Below are positions 37,761 through 47,485 of a stretch of DNA of 64,000 nt, in pieces. Below the pieces are notes generated by a model. That model did not search any database and was not told the origin of the DNA. It was given only the letters and a program-made list of their open reading frames with translations. Each line of letters begins with the position of its first letter. Within the stretch, counting starts at the first letter, position 1. The stretch lies in the IMG/VR virus record IMGVR_UViG_3300008954_003554, positions 1-64,000 of that record, one strand, 5' to 3'. Made by a program: the position numbers and the translations under genes. This DNA comes from a virus.

Positions 37761-37920
37761 CATTGTTAGGTATAAGAACGAGAACACACCCTTTGGGACG
37801 ATTGTTTGGATCATGCCCAAGGAAGAGAGAAAGGATAATGTTCTTGTGATGTGGAGCAAGAATAGGAAGTGGTTTGTGTGGCCTGAGAACATCGAGGTAG
37901 TAAATGAACGTGCAGCTTAG
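37747..37920 (+). CDS. Small KOW/SH3-like protein
   Basis: MQIGDIVRY...GTIV...VLVMW...IEVVNE. Confidence 0.6.
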   Translation: MQIGDIVRYKNENTPFGTIVWIMPKEERKDNVLVMWSKNRKWFVWPENIEVVNERAA

Positions 37921-38150
37921 TAAAGAAGAGTATGATACAATGATTGAGGCACTTGCACTCTATTCTAGCACCCATCACAAGGAGTTCCTAGATAACCAGG
38001 TCTACGCCGGAGTAGAGAGCAAAGGGTGTAGGGATCGATGGCTGAATTCACATAAGCTCATTGAAAAGCTTGAAATGATTGAAGGTCAGAATACGTAACA
38101 ACGTGCAGCTCTTGCGCTTTGTTGGTATAATAGATTCAAGGAGGCAAACC

Positions 38151-38933
38151 ATGCCACGCAAATCTCACGATCTTCGTCTTAGTCAGGCTGTTGAGCTTCT
38201 TCAGGCCTATGAGGCAGCTGACCATCAAGGGACCGAGGTCTCTTTCGTCAGGGACATGATTGCCCGCATGGGGCGTCGGAAGCAGATGTCTCCCAAGCAG
38301 AGGGGCTGGCTTGATTCACTCATCGAGCAGGGGGTTCCAGCTCCCAAGGGGGACTCAAAGCTTATTGATGAGATCGAGCGCCTGCTCAAAGTTCCCGGCG
38401 CTGATCACGTTCATCAGCCGCTGCGAGACTTTCTCTTCCGAGAAAAGAAGGGTTGGACACTTTCTCCCAAGCAGATCGCCTTTCGAGACAGGCTGATAGA
38501 TGAAGCCAGAGTCATCGAGCGCGACGGTCCTTGGTTCCCATCGAGCGAGCAAGCAGAAAAGCTCAGAAGCTGTGCAGCTATGTCTCCGAGCCGCAGCGGG
38601 ATGTACTGGTCCACGCACCCAGGCGAGGAGCGAGCGCTTAAGAAGGTTTTGTCGTGGCTAGAGGGCTGTGATAAGTTTGTAGACTCGTGGTCTGTAGACA
38701 AGGTGCTTCACAGCTTCAGGAGCGGATTGAAAGAGATGGAGGCACCTTACGCTTCCGCCGGTGATATCGTCTGGGGGAATCACGGAAAGTATTACGGAAA
38801 GATGGCTCTTGTTACCGGTGGTCCTGCCATCGCTGAGAACGGCCGTATCGGATACCCGGTCTTGATCGACGGGGTATCAACAACCTTCTCGAAAGGGATG
38901 ATCACCAAGCGCCGACCGAAGGCAAGGGAGTAA
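38151..38933 (+). CDS. Hypothetical protein with repeated S(P)KQ helices and C-terminal SH3-like domain
   Basis: Promoter at 38103, AAGGAGG SD; MSPKQ, LSPKQ; AGDIVW. Confidence 0.6.
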   Translation: MPRKSHDLRLSQAVELLQAYEAADHQGTEVSFVRDMIARMGRRKQMSPKQRGWLDSLIEQGVPAPKGDSKLIDEIERLLKVPGADHVHQPLRDFLFREKKGWTLSPKQIAFRDRLIDEARVIERDGPWFPSSEQAEKLRSCAAMSPSRSGMYWSTHPGEERALKKVLSWLEGCDKFVDSWSVDKVLHSFRSGLKEMEAPYASAGDIVWGNHGKYYGKMALVTGGPAIAENGRIGYPVLIDGVSTTFSKGMITKRRPKARE

Positions 38934-39303
38934 CCATGGGTGATACGATTAAGTCAGGGAAGTGCAGACTGTGCACGGGTCAAGGTCTCGGAGTTCAGAT
39001 GGTCGACACACGTGGTCAACCAGCTGTGTTCCACTGCAAGCAGTGCGAGCCCGTCTACTTCCACCGTCTATCGATGCTTGACAAGGAGAGGTTTCTCAAA
39101 GGTGCAGGTGTAGAGTGACATTTGATCTAGGCTTCTGGCTAAGTGGCGGGTTCTTCTTCTCTCTCGGCATGTTCATTGGGATTTGGGCTGAGCATCGAGC
39201 CCGAGAATATTATGAACGGAAGGGAAAGGAGTAGTCCCCGGACACCCTCTCTCATGTAAACTTGGGTAGTCTGTGGTATAATATTATCACCAAGGAGGTC
39301 CAG

Positions 39304-39588
39304 ATGGATTTGAATGTTGATGTGATCGATAACGAGACCGGTGAGATTTACCGGGAGGGCGTGCTGCTTGCGAGTGCGCATATCTTTATTGCCAAAGAGA
39401 ATGGTAATATTGTCCGGGACGAAGTGAACACCGTTCACCTTGATGAGATTGATGGCGGCGGCGAGATAAAAGTCCGTGATATCTATGTCGATTTTCCGGA
39501 AGAGAGAAGGAAGAGAGATTTGTCAGCTGAGGCAATAATCAAGGCCAGGGAGTTCTGGCAGTATGAGAATGGCGGGGGTCAGGTATGA
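39304..39588 (+). CDS. Hypothetical early protein
   Basis: Promoter at 39254, AAGGAGG SD. Confidence 0.55.
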   Translation: MDLNVDVIDNETGEIYREGVLLASAHIFIAKENGNIVRDEVNTVHLDEIDGGGEIKVRDIYVDFPEERRKRDLSAEAIIKAREFWQYENGGGQV

Positions 39589-39833
39589 ATATCTATACAT
39601 TTGTAATCGGTAGCGCTGACGACTTCGAGGGAATCGAAGATTTGACGGACTATGTGGACCAGGAGGGTTGCGACGGCGGTTTGAACTACAGCTGCCATGA
39701 GTTCGCAGTACATCCGGAGTGTGACGAGGAGACAGTGACCCTGATCGGTCGTGGTATCGCGTTCAGTAACGACTGGTGCATGGACCACACTTTCAGTTTC
39801 CTCGTCCGCGGGGAGATTTCCCCTGTAGTCTGA
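39585..39833 (+). CDS. Acidic hypothetical protein
   Basis: ATGA overlap. Confidence 0.5.
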   Translation: MNIYTFVIGSADDFEGIEDLTDYVDQEGCDGGLNYSCHEFAVHPECDEETVTLIGRGIAFSNDWCMDHTFSFLVRGEISPVV

Positions 39834-39875
39834 AGTGTGTGGTGGTATAATATAATCACCAAGCAAGGAGATGCA

Positions 39876-40106
39876 ATGCCTATTCAAGAACTAGACGAAA
39901 TGGAAAAGCTACTCGATGAAACTGCAGACTGCTTCGAGGACACTATGAAGCAGCTGTTCGATGAGGATCCCGGGATGTTCGAGGGTCGGTCTACCCAGGC
40001 AAGCTGGTCAGCTCAGGTAAGTTTTGCTGGCGATGAGCTTCGCAAGGAACTCAACAAGGTTATCGAGCAGATAGAGATTCGACTACACGATGGACAGTTC
40101 GCATAA
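39876..40106 (+). CDS. Acidic helical hypothetical protein
   Basis: Promoter at 39823, AAGGAG SD. Confidence 0.55.
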   Translation: MPIQELDEMEKLLDETADCFEDTMKQLFDEDPGMFEGRSTQASWSAQVSFAGDELRKELNKVIEQIEIRLHDGQFA

Positions 40107-40573
40107 TGTGGAGGGTCGAAGCTATATTCTGGATTCTATCCGGACTTGCGGTTGGATGGCTCGTGCTGGGTGTTCCAGCACACTAGGGGATGATTGTTAT
40201 GTTAAGTCAAATGTGGTTATGGACAGCGACAGTGAGGCTCCCAAACGGAGATGCTCCTGCTACAGTGATCGCTCCCGATCAGTGGACAGCGCGACGAATG
40301 ATTGAAGCGCAGTTCGGGAAGGGATCGATTCTTGGTGACTACGTCGAGTGCGTAAAGGCTGTCGGATGATGGAGCGAGGGGACCAGGTCCTTGTAACTCA
40401 GGGAACTTATCGCGAGTGCACTGGGCAGGTTGTATTTCTTGATCATGTTGACAGCCTTGCCACCATTGCCCTCGACCAGCACAGCATGCTGCTGAAGATA
40501 AGTATTGCTAGTCTTGAGCTAGTCACGTGTAAATCCAGGGCTGGTAAGGTATAATATATCCAGGAGGCGACAC

Positions 40574-40735
40574 ATGCCCAAGAAGAAGCAGAAGAAGCAA
40601 TTCACCAGCAAGGCCCAGGAGCGTCGTGCTCGTAACTGGCTCGCTGTCCACGCGTTTCAGCGGAGCGGTGCTGGTCGGCATACTGATAAGAAGAAGAAGG
40701 CCAGCAAGCAGGCGTGCCGAGGGAGCCATCAGTGA
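40574..40735 (+). CDS. Very basic 53-aa protein (not in track)
   Basis: Promoter at 40527, AGGAGG SD; MPKKKQKK...RNWLAVHAFQRSGAGRHTDKKKKASK. Confidence 0.6.
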   Translation: MPKKKQKKQFTSKAQERRARNWLAVHAFQRSGAGRHTDKKKKASKQACRGSHQ

Positions 40736-41427
40736 TGGAGTCAGCTGTTGCTATCGTGTTCTTCATACTCTGGACAGTCTTGATTATCCTAGTCTTGAAC
40801 CCAGAGTTATTCATCCGGCTCAGGTACCGTATCGACATCGATGATGTGGATGATCAGTCTGACAAGCCTGATCTAGCGCCGGAGAAAGATGAACCAAAGC
40901 TAGATCGTTACGTGTAAAGCGCCCATAAGTTTTGTATAATGTACCCAGGAGGTAATACCATGACCGAGCTTGAAGAAGCACAGATGAGAGCAGCCGAGTT
41001 CACGAACTCATTGGCATGCTTGTATCACATTCAACAACTGCTTGCTGTGGGAGAGGAGGCTAAGGGAAGTATCCGAGACAGGACACTGCCTGATCCGGTT
41101 CGCAAGCAGGCAATTCAGGATCTTCGCCACGTCAATCTACAATTCAATGTGGTCGCTGCTGCGCGCGCTGTGTTGGGAATCTCAGCTTAGGAGAAGAATC
41201 ATGACAACTGCAGAGATCATTGCTAACTACAAGGCCATGCAGGAGATGAAGCCTCATAGCTCCATCCTCCGCGAAGTGCGCATCCAGTATGCCGACATGG
41301 CAGAGGGTGGCGACGGGGGGACCTTGGGTTACGCCCCTGACGGTTTCAATCGCCCACCAACCTGTCGTGAGTACAACTACCCTGGCAAACCGGACTCTTT
41401 CTTCCAGGAAGTCAGACAGGCTCTGGG

Positions 41428-41724
41428 ATGGCAATGAGCGAATCCAATATTGTCTACCTTGATGACCACAGACAAATTAATCCCATCCTGGGTCGAGGCG
41501 ACCTGGTCCGAATTGTCTCTCCGGAGATAGATGGGATTGTTGTGGGGGTGACAGCTGTCATGGGACCCGATTCAGACGCACCAGGTCAGGCAGCGTCTGT
41601 TGATGTTGCTGTTCCTTACGACGAAGAATGGGTGATTCATGAGGACGTCCCAGTCCAGGAATTGCATCGAGTTATCAACAAGGAGTATCAGGTGTCGAGG
41701 ATGATAGACACAGAGGAGGGATAG
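41428..41724 (+). CDS. KOW/SH3-like protein
   Basis: LGRGDLVRI...GIVV...VDV. Confidence 0.5.
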   Translation: MAMSESNIVYLDDHRQINPILGRGDLVRIVSPEIDGIVVGVTAVMGPDSDAPGQAASVDVAVPYDEEWVIHEDVPVQELHRVINKEYQVSRMIDTEEG

Positions 41725-41840
41725 AAAAAAGAATTGTGACCTACGTGTCGACTTCGTGTAGCACTGAGGGTGTGATGGTATAATATTATCATGGAGGGGA
41801 TGGATCCCTCCTCTCAACCCCAAAACCCCCGAGGTTAATC

Positions 41841-42200
41841 ATGGCTATCACCGCTAACTCCCGCTACCTGTTCGAAATCCTCAGCTCCGACGAGCTGGCT
41901 GCTCACCCGAAGTCCGGTCTCAAGACCGTCGTGGTCTCCGGGACCTGCACCAACGCTGACGGCGTCAGCTTTGACTTTATCGCTACCAACAACTTGGACC
42001 AGCGGTACCCCGACCGGTTCAAGGTGAACTGGAACGGAAAGGCAGCTCGGATGCCTAAGGTCGTCGGCTTCGGTATCGCGGAAGACGTCCGCACCGATCG
42101 CAAGGTGACTGAGGACCTCTACTTCACCCGCGGCGCTCGCATCGCAATCGCTCGGAAGTGCAAGTCGCTCTTCCCGCTTTGGAAGCAGGCGTCAAGCTAG
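41841..42200 (+). CDS. Hypothetical early protein with strongly GC3-biased codons
   Basis: Promoter at 41756, A/C-rich leader, GAGG SD. Confidence 0.6.
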   Translation: MAITANSRYLFEILSSDELAAHPKSGLKTVVVSGTCTNADGVSFDFIATNNLDQRYPDRFKVNWNGKAARMPKVVGFGIAEDVRTDRKVTEDLYFTRGARIAIARKCKSLFPLWKQASS

Positions 42201-42323
42201 GACACTGGCTGGGACTTCCGGTTGTTCGGCACCGTAACGGTTCTGATGACTTGACCGGCACTCCCAGCCTCACCTGGCTGTCCCGATGTACAATCGGGGC
42301 GGTCCTCTTTATAATGTTCACAT

Positions 42324-42400
42324 GCGCCCTTAGCTCAGTTGGATAGAGCATTGGCCTTCTAAGCCAAGGGTCGTAGGTTCGAATCCTACAGGGCGTACCA
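42324..42400 (+). tRNA. tRNA-Arg (anticodon UCU) with encoded CCA
   Basis: Acceptor GCGCCCT/AGGGCGT-A-CCA, D arm GCTC..GAGC, anticodon arm TTGGC-CTTCTAA-GCCAA, T loop GGTTCGAATCC. Confidence 0.96.
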
Positions 42401-42444
42401 TTTAGTTCTCGTGTAAAACAAGCAGAGTTGAGGTATAATAAAGA

Positions 42445-43185
42445 GGTAAGGAACAAGGAGCACTGTTCGCACCGGTTGCACGCCCTAGTGAGTAAGGATC
42501 TTCGTAAGGGGACCGCTCCAGGTGGTATCAAAGATGCAATGTCGTCTGGAGTCGAAAGACCTAAGCTCCGCTTCCCTTACTGATCTTTAACATTCTAATC
42601 CCCCAGGTCCGAAAGGAGGAGCTCAAAGAGGCACCGGACGGTCCAGCCAGTTATTGGTGTTCTGGGGGATTTATTTGAGGCCTTGGATTTAGCGGTCCGA
42701 GGAGCCGGTGGGAGTCGGCAGTCGTGGAACGAAGAGCTCACGGTGAGTGACATATTGGTAGTCACAAGAGGTCCGGGGTGCTGAGAGGTGTGTGCACCAA
42801 CCGCACATCGCGCAACAACTAAACGGACTCCCACCCCCTCTACCCTTTATGTGGGGGACACAGACCAGAGTGGTTGCCGATACTAGTTGTGGCAACTCGT
42901 GGTTGCGTAAGCGTGGTCAGGATTTCTGACTTTACAGGCTGTGTCTAGATAGAGAAGTTGGGAACTCTATCACCATCTCCGCGGCTGGCGGTAAAATGGG
43001 AGCGAAGTCAGACACGTCCATCCAGTCCTACCCGGCACCCGCCTGGGGAAACTGACAGCGGGTATATTTTAATAGAGGAGATTTGGGAAGAGCGAGGGTC
43101 TCTTCCAAGGTTAACAAAAGGCGGGACGCTGCTGAAAGTGATGATAACAATCCCAGCTCGGGGGAACATTCCGGCCTTCACTAAC
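42445..43185 (+). ncRNA. Large (~740 nt) structured non-coding RNA candidate, GOLLD/ROOL-like
   Basis: Own promoter at 42411-42439, no credible ORF, more than 15 helices including two perfect 10-bp stems, GNRA tetraloops and long-range pairings; directly follows the tRNA. Confidence 0.75.
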
Positions 43186-43209
43186 CCTACATTTAAGGAG
43201 ACTCAGAGG

Positions 43210-43401
43210 ATGAGGTCAGGTGACATTGTTAGGAATCGAAACTCAGAGAGCGGAGAGATGGGTGTCTTCATGGGCATGACAGTGTTCAAGAACCAGACGA
43301 ACAACGAGCTCTATGAGTGTGCCGAGGTTTACTGGCCGGAGAGAAGGAAGGTGGGGACGATTCAGACTAGCCTAGTGGAGGTGATCAGTGCAGGTCGGTG
43401 A
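43210..43401 (+). CDS. Small KOW/SH3-like protein
   Basis: AAGGAG SD, MRSGDIVRN...VYW...VEVISAGR. Confidence 0.65.
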   Translation: MRSGDIVRNRNSESGEMGVFMGMTVFKNQTNNELYECAEVYWPERRKVGTIQTSLVEVISAGR

Positions 43402-43564
43402 TCTGGTAGGTCACATCAGCGGAGACGGCCCCACCGGCATTGTTCTGGCCACATGGGCGGATGTTCAACCCGGTATTGGCATCGAGGAAACATGGTGTGA
43501 GATCCTCTGGGGCTGCGGTGAGATCTGGGAATATGCCGAGAAAGATCTCGAGAGGGTTCAGTGA
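43388..43564 (+). CDS. Small KOW/SH3-like protein (not in track)
   Basis: 14-nt overlap GTGCAGGTCGGTGA; MQVGDLV...GIVL...EILW...DLERV. Confidence 0.65.
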   Translation: MQVGDLVGHISGDGPTGIVLATWADVQPGIGIEETWCEILWGCGEIWEYAEKDLERVQ

Positions 43565-43620
43565 TTCGTGCATGTAACAGCAAGACAGCTGTGGTATAAT
43601 AGAAGCACCAAGGAGATATT

Positions 43621-43845
43621 ATGACAGAGGAAGAGAAACGAGCGCTGGTTGAGAGGTACGAGTGTGATTCATCGATTGCGTATGACGTCACAGACGATGA
43701 GCTGGATGTTTTGCTCCTAACGCTGGGAGAGATGGAGCCTATCGTCGACGCGATCAATGTTCGCTGCGGTGCAAGCATCGAACAGCGAGCAGCGGATATC
43801 GGGTGTGATCCGGAAGACTTTGCTTATGAGATCCAGGGATTTTAG
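43621..43845 (+). CDS. Acidic hypothetical early protein
   Basis: Promoter at 43572, AAGGAG SD. Confidence 0.55.
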   Translation: MTEEEKRALVERYECDSSIAYDVTDDELDVLLLTLGEMEPIVDAINVRCGASIEQRAADIGCDPEDFAYEIQGF

Positions 43846-45735
43846 CATGTAATCATATCCTAGCTGTGGTATAATGAGAACACAACGGGAGGTTGTCATG
43901 AGAACTGGAACTTTGAAAGATAGGTATAACAACTACGTGAGCGCGATGATTAGCATGGGTCTTCCCTACGTTGACTTCGACACCTGGCTCAATCGATAGG
44001 ACTGCGTGTAACCCACGAGCTGCCGTGGTATAATGGTATCACCTAAGGAGGTACAATGAAGTACACAATCAAGAAGTTCAATGGCGACGATCAATACAGC
44101 TGGGCGGTCTTTCGCGCGGCAGACGTGAAGGGGATGCGGAGTCCGATCTTTTACGGTGATGCTGAGCCGATCATCAATGGTCTGGACCGCAGTGAGGCAC
44201 GGTACCACAGAGATCGACTGGAGAAGATCGCATGAAGTATTACTGTAGATTCTGCGGCGTCAAGTCGCACAACCCACACTGGGTGCAGGGTATGTGCCCT
44301 CGATGCGGAGCAAGAACACCCCCGAAGGAATGGTGATGATAATCTATGCACTGTTTATAGGTGGTGGGCTCTGGTTTACTATCGCTGCATTCATGAACAT
44401 CGTGCAGCACTCGTAGCCCTGTGGTATAATAGAATCACCAACCAAGGAGGCCCACATGGCAACAACAGCAAATGCCAACCGAGCCGCCCACAAGAAGTGC
44501 GCGGGAAGCGGATACCCTGTAGCCTTGTTCCTTCTACGGCTGGGTCACACCAAAAACCCTTGCGGCCACTGCGGCCGGAAAGTAAGGATTCTCAAGAACG
44601 GCCGGATGGCGTCTCATCGGGCGTAGCTACCCAAACGAAAGACATAAGGGAGAAACCAAAATGACCAAGACCCAGACCAGCCAGAAGCCCTACGTCAGTC
44701 AAACCGGCAGCAAGTACCATGTGCTCAACAGCCGGGGCAAAGTTGCGGCGACGTTCACCAGCATCTCACTTTCGGCGTGAATAATGGCGACTAGAACTTC
44801 AAAGCTCAAGGCAATCATCCCGGGAAACTGGGGTTACCAGAAGGTTGAGATATACTTTGGCCAGGTGCGGGTGACTAGCTGTCAGCAGTGGGTGATGGCC
44901 GGTGAACTGATGCAGCACATAGAAGGTGGATCGGTGTGGGAGTTTAGGTATCGTGAGGGAGATGTGCTGCGCGGATATCCTGTAAAGCATCACCGGTGAT
45001 GGTATAATACATACACCAACCAAGGAGGCCCACAGTGGCTATCAGAACTTTCAATTGTCGCTTTAACTCACTGACCACACATACAAAAAAGACGTTCCAC
45101 GTCCATGTGAAGTGGTGGGCATTTGACGATGATCGGCTCAATGCCCGGGGACCGGCGAGGCTGAATGAGGCCAACGTTGAGGTCCGGGCAGGAGATGCCG
45201 CGAAAGCCAGGGCACTGGTTGTCCGTGAGTGGAACGGTGTATCATCGTTCATCGGCCAGGCCGAAGAGGTGGCAGTATGAAGTACTACTGCCCAACTTGC
45301 GGATATGCAACAATTCACAGACTGTGGCATCGGTGCCCAGCTTGTGGTTCTAGTCATCAACCGAAGGAGGTGGCAAGTGAAGCTATTCCTGTGGAAGCTT
45401 AGTCAAGACGTCAACAATGATTACGACACGTACAGCGATGCTGTTGTGGTGTCGAGCAACCCAGTCGCAGCTAAGAGGATCCATCCGAGCGTCGATAGCC
45501 AGACAGGTGAGATGATGTTCCGGTGGGTCGAGGGAGAAGGTTGGCGCTGGACCCATGACGGAGAGCGCTATAGCAATGGCTGCTGGGCTGACCCGAAGGA
45601 CATTCAGGTCACATGTGTCGGTGAGGCAGCTGACTGGTTAGGTGAGGGTGCAGTGGTTTGTCGGTCCTTTCATGCTGGGTGACGTGCAATTCTCACATCC
45701 CCGTGGTATAATATAGAAGTAATCAAGGAGATTCC

Positions 45736-46191
45736 ATGAACTTCACCGCTCGCGAAAACAGCCTCCTCTCCAACACCGACGTCCTGGGTTACATCCAGGC
45801 GAAGAACGCCGAGCGCGACGCGCAGGCGAAGGCCGAGGGCTGGGAGTTCTGGACACTGATGCCTGAAGGTAATCTGTTCGTGGCGGAGTTCGCCAACGTC
45901 TATGAGCTGGAGATGCGCTACGCTCGCGGCACCTACAGCGACGTGTACAAGGAGTGGTGCGGCATCCGCCCGTCCATCCCGCAGGGTCTGACCCTGACTC
46001 AGCTGGAGGCAGAGATCGAGCAGCTGTCCGAGATGGCAGCTGAGTCCCACAAGGCGGACCTTGAGTGGCAGGCCGAGATGGACCGCCAGGATCGTGAGGC
46101 TATCGCGATGGGTCTGGCTGAGCCGACCGAGGAGACAGAGTTGGAGCAGTGGGAAATCTATGAGGCGAAAGCCGAAGCGGAGGGATACTAA
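45736..46191 (+). CDS. Acidic hypothetical early protein
   Basis: Promoter at 45684, SD; YSDVYKEWCGIRP motif; high GC3. Confidence 0.65.
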   Translation: MNFTARENSLLSNTDVLGYIQAKNAERDAQAKAEGWEFWTLMPEGNLFVAEFANVYELEMRYARGTYSDVYKEWCGIRPSIPQGLTLTQLEAEIEQLSEMAAESHKADLEWQAEMDRQDREAIAMGLAEPTEETELEQWEIYEAKAEAEGY

Positions 46192-46548
46192 GATGGAGGA
46201 ATCTATGCATCGTATTTATGTTGCCTGGGAGGGAGGTTACTTTGTTACCTCTCTTAACAACTCGAACTTTCATGCCGACCTTCAAGAGATGGTTGCAGAT
46301 CTAGGACCACCTACTACGGTGGAGTTTCGGCATACGGACGAAGGTTGGTATGTAGAACCAGAGGAAGAGGAGAAGTCGTGACCAAGTATCAAGTACACTA
46401 TGAGAAGGCAACCTGCAAAGGTATCAAGCGTGGCATACGCACAGTCAAGGCTCGCAATGAGGCTGAGGCTAAGCTGAAGGTGGCCTCTGTGGTTGATGGA
46501 AGCTTTGGTCACTGGGTTAACCGGCTCGCAAACGAGGCGCTATAAATA

Positions 46549-46911
46549 ATGAAAAGAACTAGACGCGATACGGTCAGGAGACTCTACAGGGAAGCGATCC
46601 TTGAGTACTTCGGGGAGTCAGACCACCTAAGGGAGGCAGTAAAGAGAGATGTGCACTGCGCTAACAAGGCTCCAGGGGAGTGGGTAGGTGCTCACGGTGT
46701 CCTAGAGATCTACTGTGAGGGAGGGATCCCGAATGCTTCAGATATAATCGAGCCAGGCTGGTACGGCCTCGAAGGCCCTACACACTATAACAGCGACACC
46801 TGGGCCAAGGTAGATGACTGGGTGAATCTGGGACTAGCTGCTCTCGGCAAGACAGATCGTGTCCACCACGAGCCCTGGAACAGTGCAGTGATCGGGGTCT
46901 ACTGGTCCTAA
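46549..46911 (+). CDS. Hypothetical protein, last gene of the early island
   Basis: ORF ends just before the GGGCCC-rich tract. Confidence 0.55.
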   Translation: MKRTRRDTVRRLYREAILEYFGESDHLREAVKRDVHCANKAPGEWVGAHGVLEIYCEGGIPNASDIIEPGWYGLEGPTHYNSDTWAKVDDWVNLGLAALGKTDRVHHEPWNSAVIGVYWS

Positions 46912-46919
46912 CATCCTAG

Positions 46920-47115
46920 ACCCAGGGACCCAGGGCCCTTCTACAGGGCCTTCATACAGGGCCCTATTTCTGTGCATCTAGCTCGGATAGGGGCCTAGGG
47001 CCCCCCTCAAAAAAGGGCTAAAAAGAGCCCTATAGAGCCCCAGGGGGTAGGGGCCCCCCAGGGCCCCCGGCAGGCTCAGTGGGCCCTCTGGGGCCTCCTG
47101 GAGGGGGCTAAGGCT
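46920..47115. repeat. Non-coding tract dense in GGGCCC/RGGCY palindromes
   Basis: GGGCCC at 46933, 46959, 46998, 47051, 47061, 47081 plus GAGCCC/GGGCT/GGGCCT variants. Confidence 0.7.
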
Positions 47116-47485
47116 CTTAACCGATCACGACAAATTTCCAAAAACTTCTAGTCAGCTTCCTGGTTTCCTGTGCTGAAGTCTCTTGGTTCGTACAGCTCTA
47201 TAGTTTCAGACACGTGGTTATTACTGGTCATTGCACCAGCAGCACCCATCTTGATTAGAACATAGATGGTAAACATTGCTCCTGCTAGGGCCCACGCCAT
47301 TGCAACTACCAAGGGATGTTCATCACTATGATTCATCGTACGGCAATAAGTATTACTCCCAGAAGAAAGAAGCTAAAATCTGGGCTGGAATCAAAAAGGA
47401 AAAGCTCATTTTTTGTCAAAAATTTCCGGAGAAAATTTAAAAACCATTCCATATGTATAAAGGATCATCATCAGGAGACAAAGGG

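Larger units (their letters stand above)
26897..45712 (+). promoter_or_regulatory. Cluster of 23 strong sigma70-like early promoters, nTGYAN-N17-TA(T/C)AAT, usually with TGG before the -10 box
   Basis: -35 boxes start at 26897, 29339, 30976, 31769, 32133, 33277, 34616, 35349, 37085, 38103, 39254, 39823, 40527, 40912, 41756, 42286 (18-nt spacer), 42411, 43572, 43847, 44006, 44402, 44980, 45684; most are followed by a GAGG/GGAG SD and an ORF. Confidence 0.85.

Noticed and set aside
42445-43185. tmRNA, RNase P RNA or self-splicing intron as the identity of the long RNA
   Set aside because: No tRNA-like GGGG...CCA ends or tag ORF, no GAGGAAAGUCC RNase P signature seen, and no interrupted host gene; not formally excluded without a covariance-model search
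42958-43209. N-terminal extension of ORF 42958-43401, and ORFs 42124-42531, 42595-42834, 42689-42895
   Set aside because: The likely start is ATG 43210 with SD and the family motif; the others cross the tRNA or the structured region and lack SD or protein-like composition
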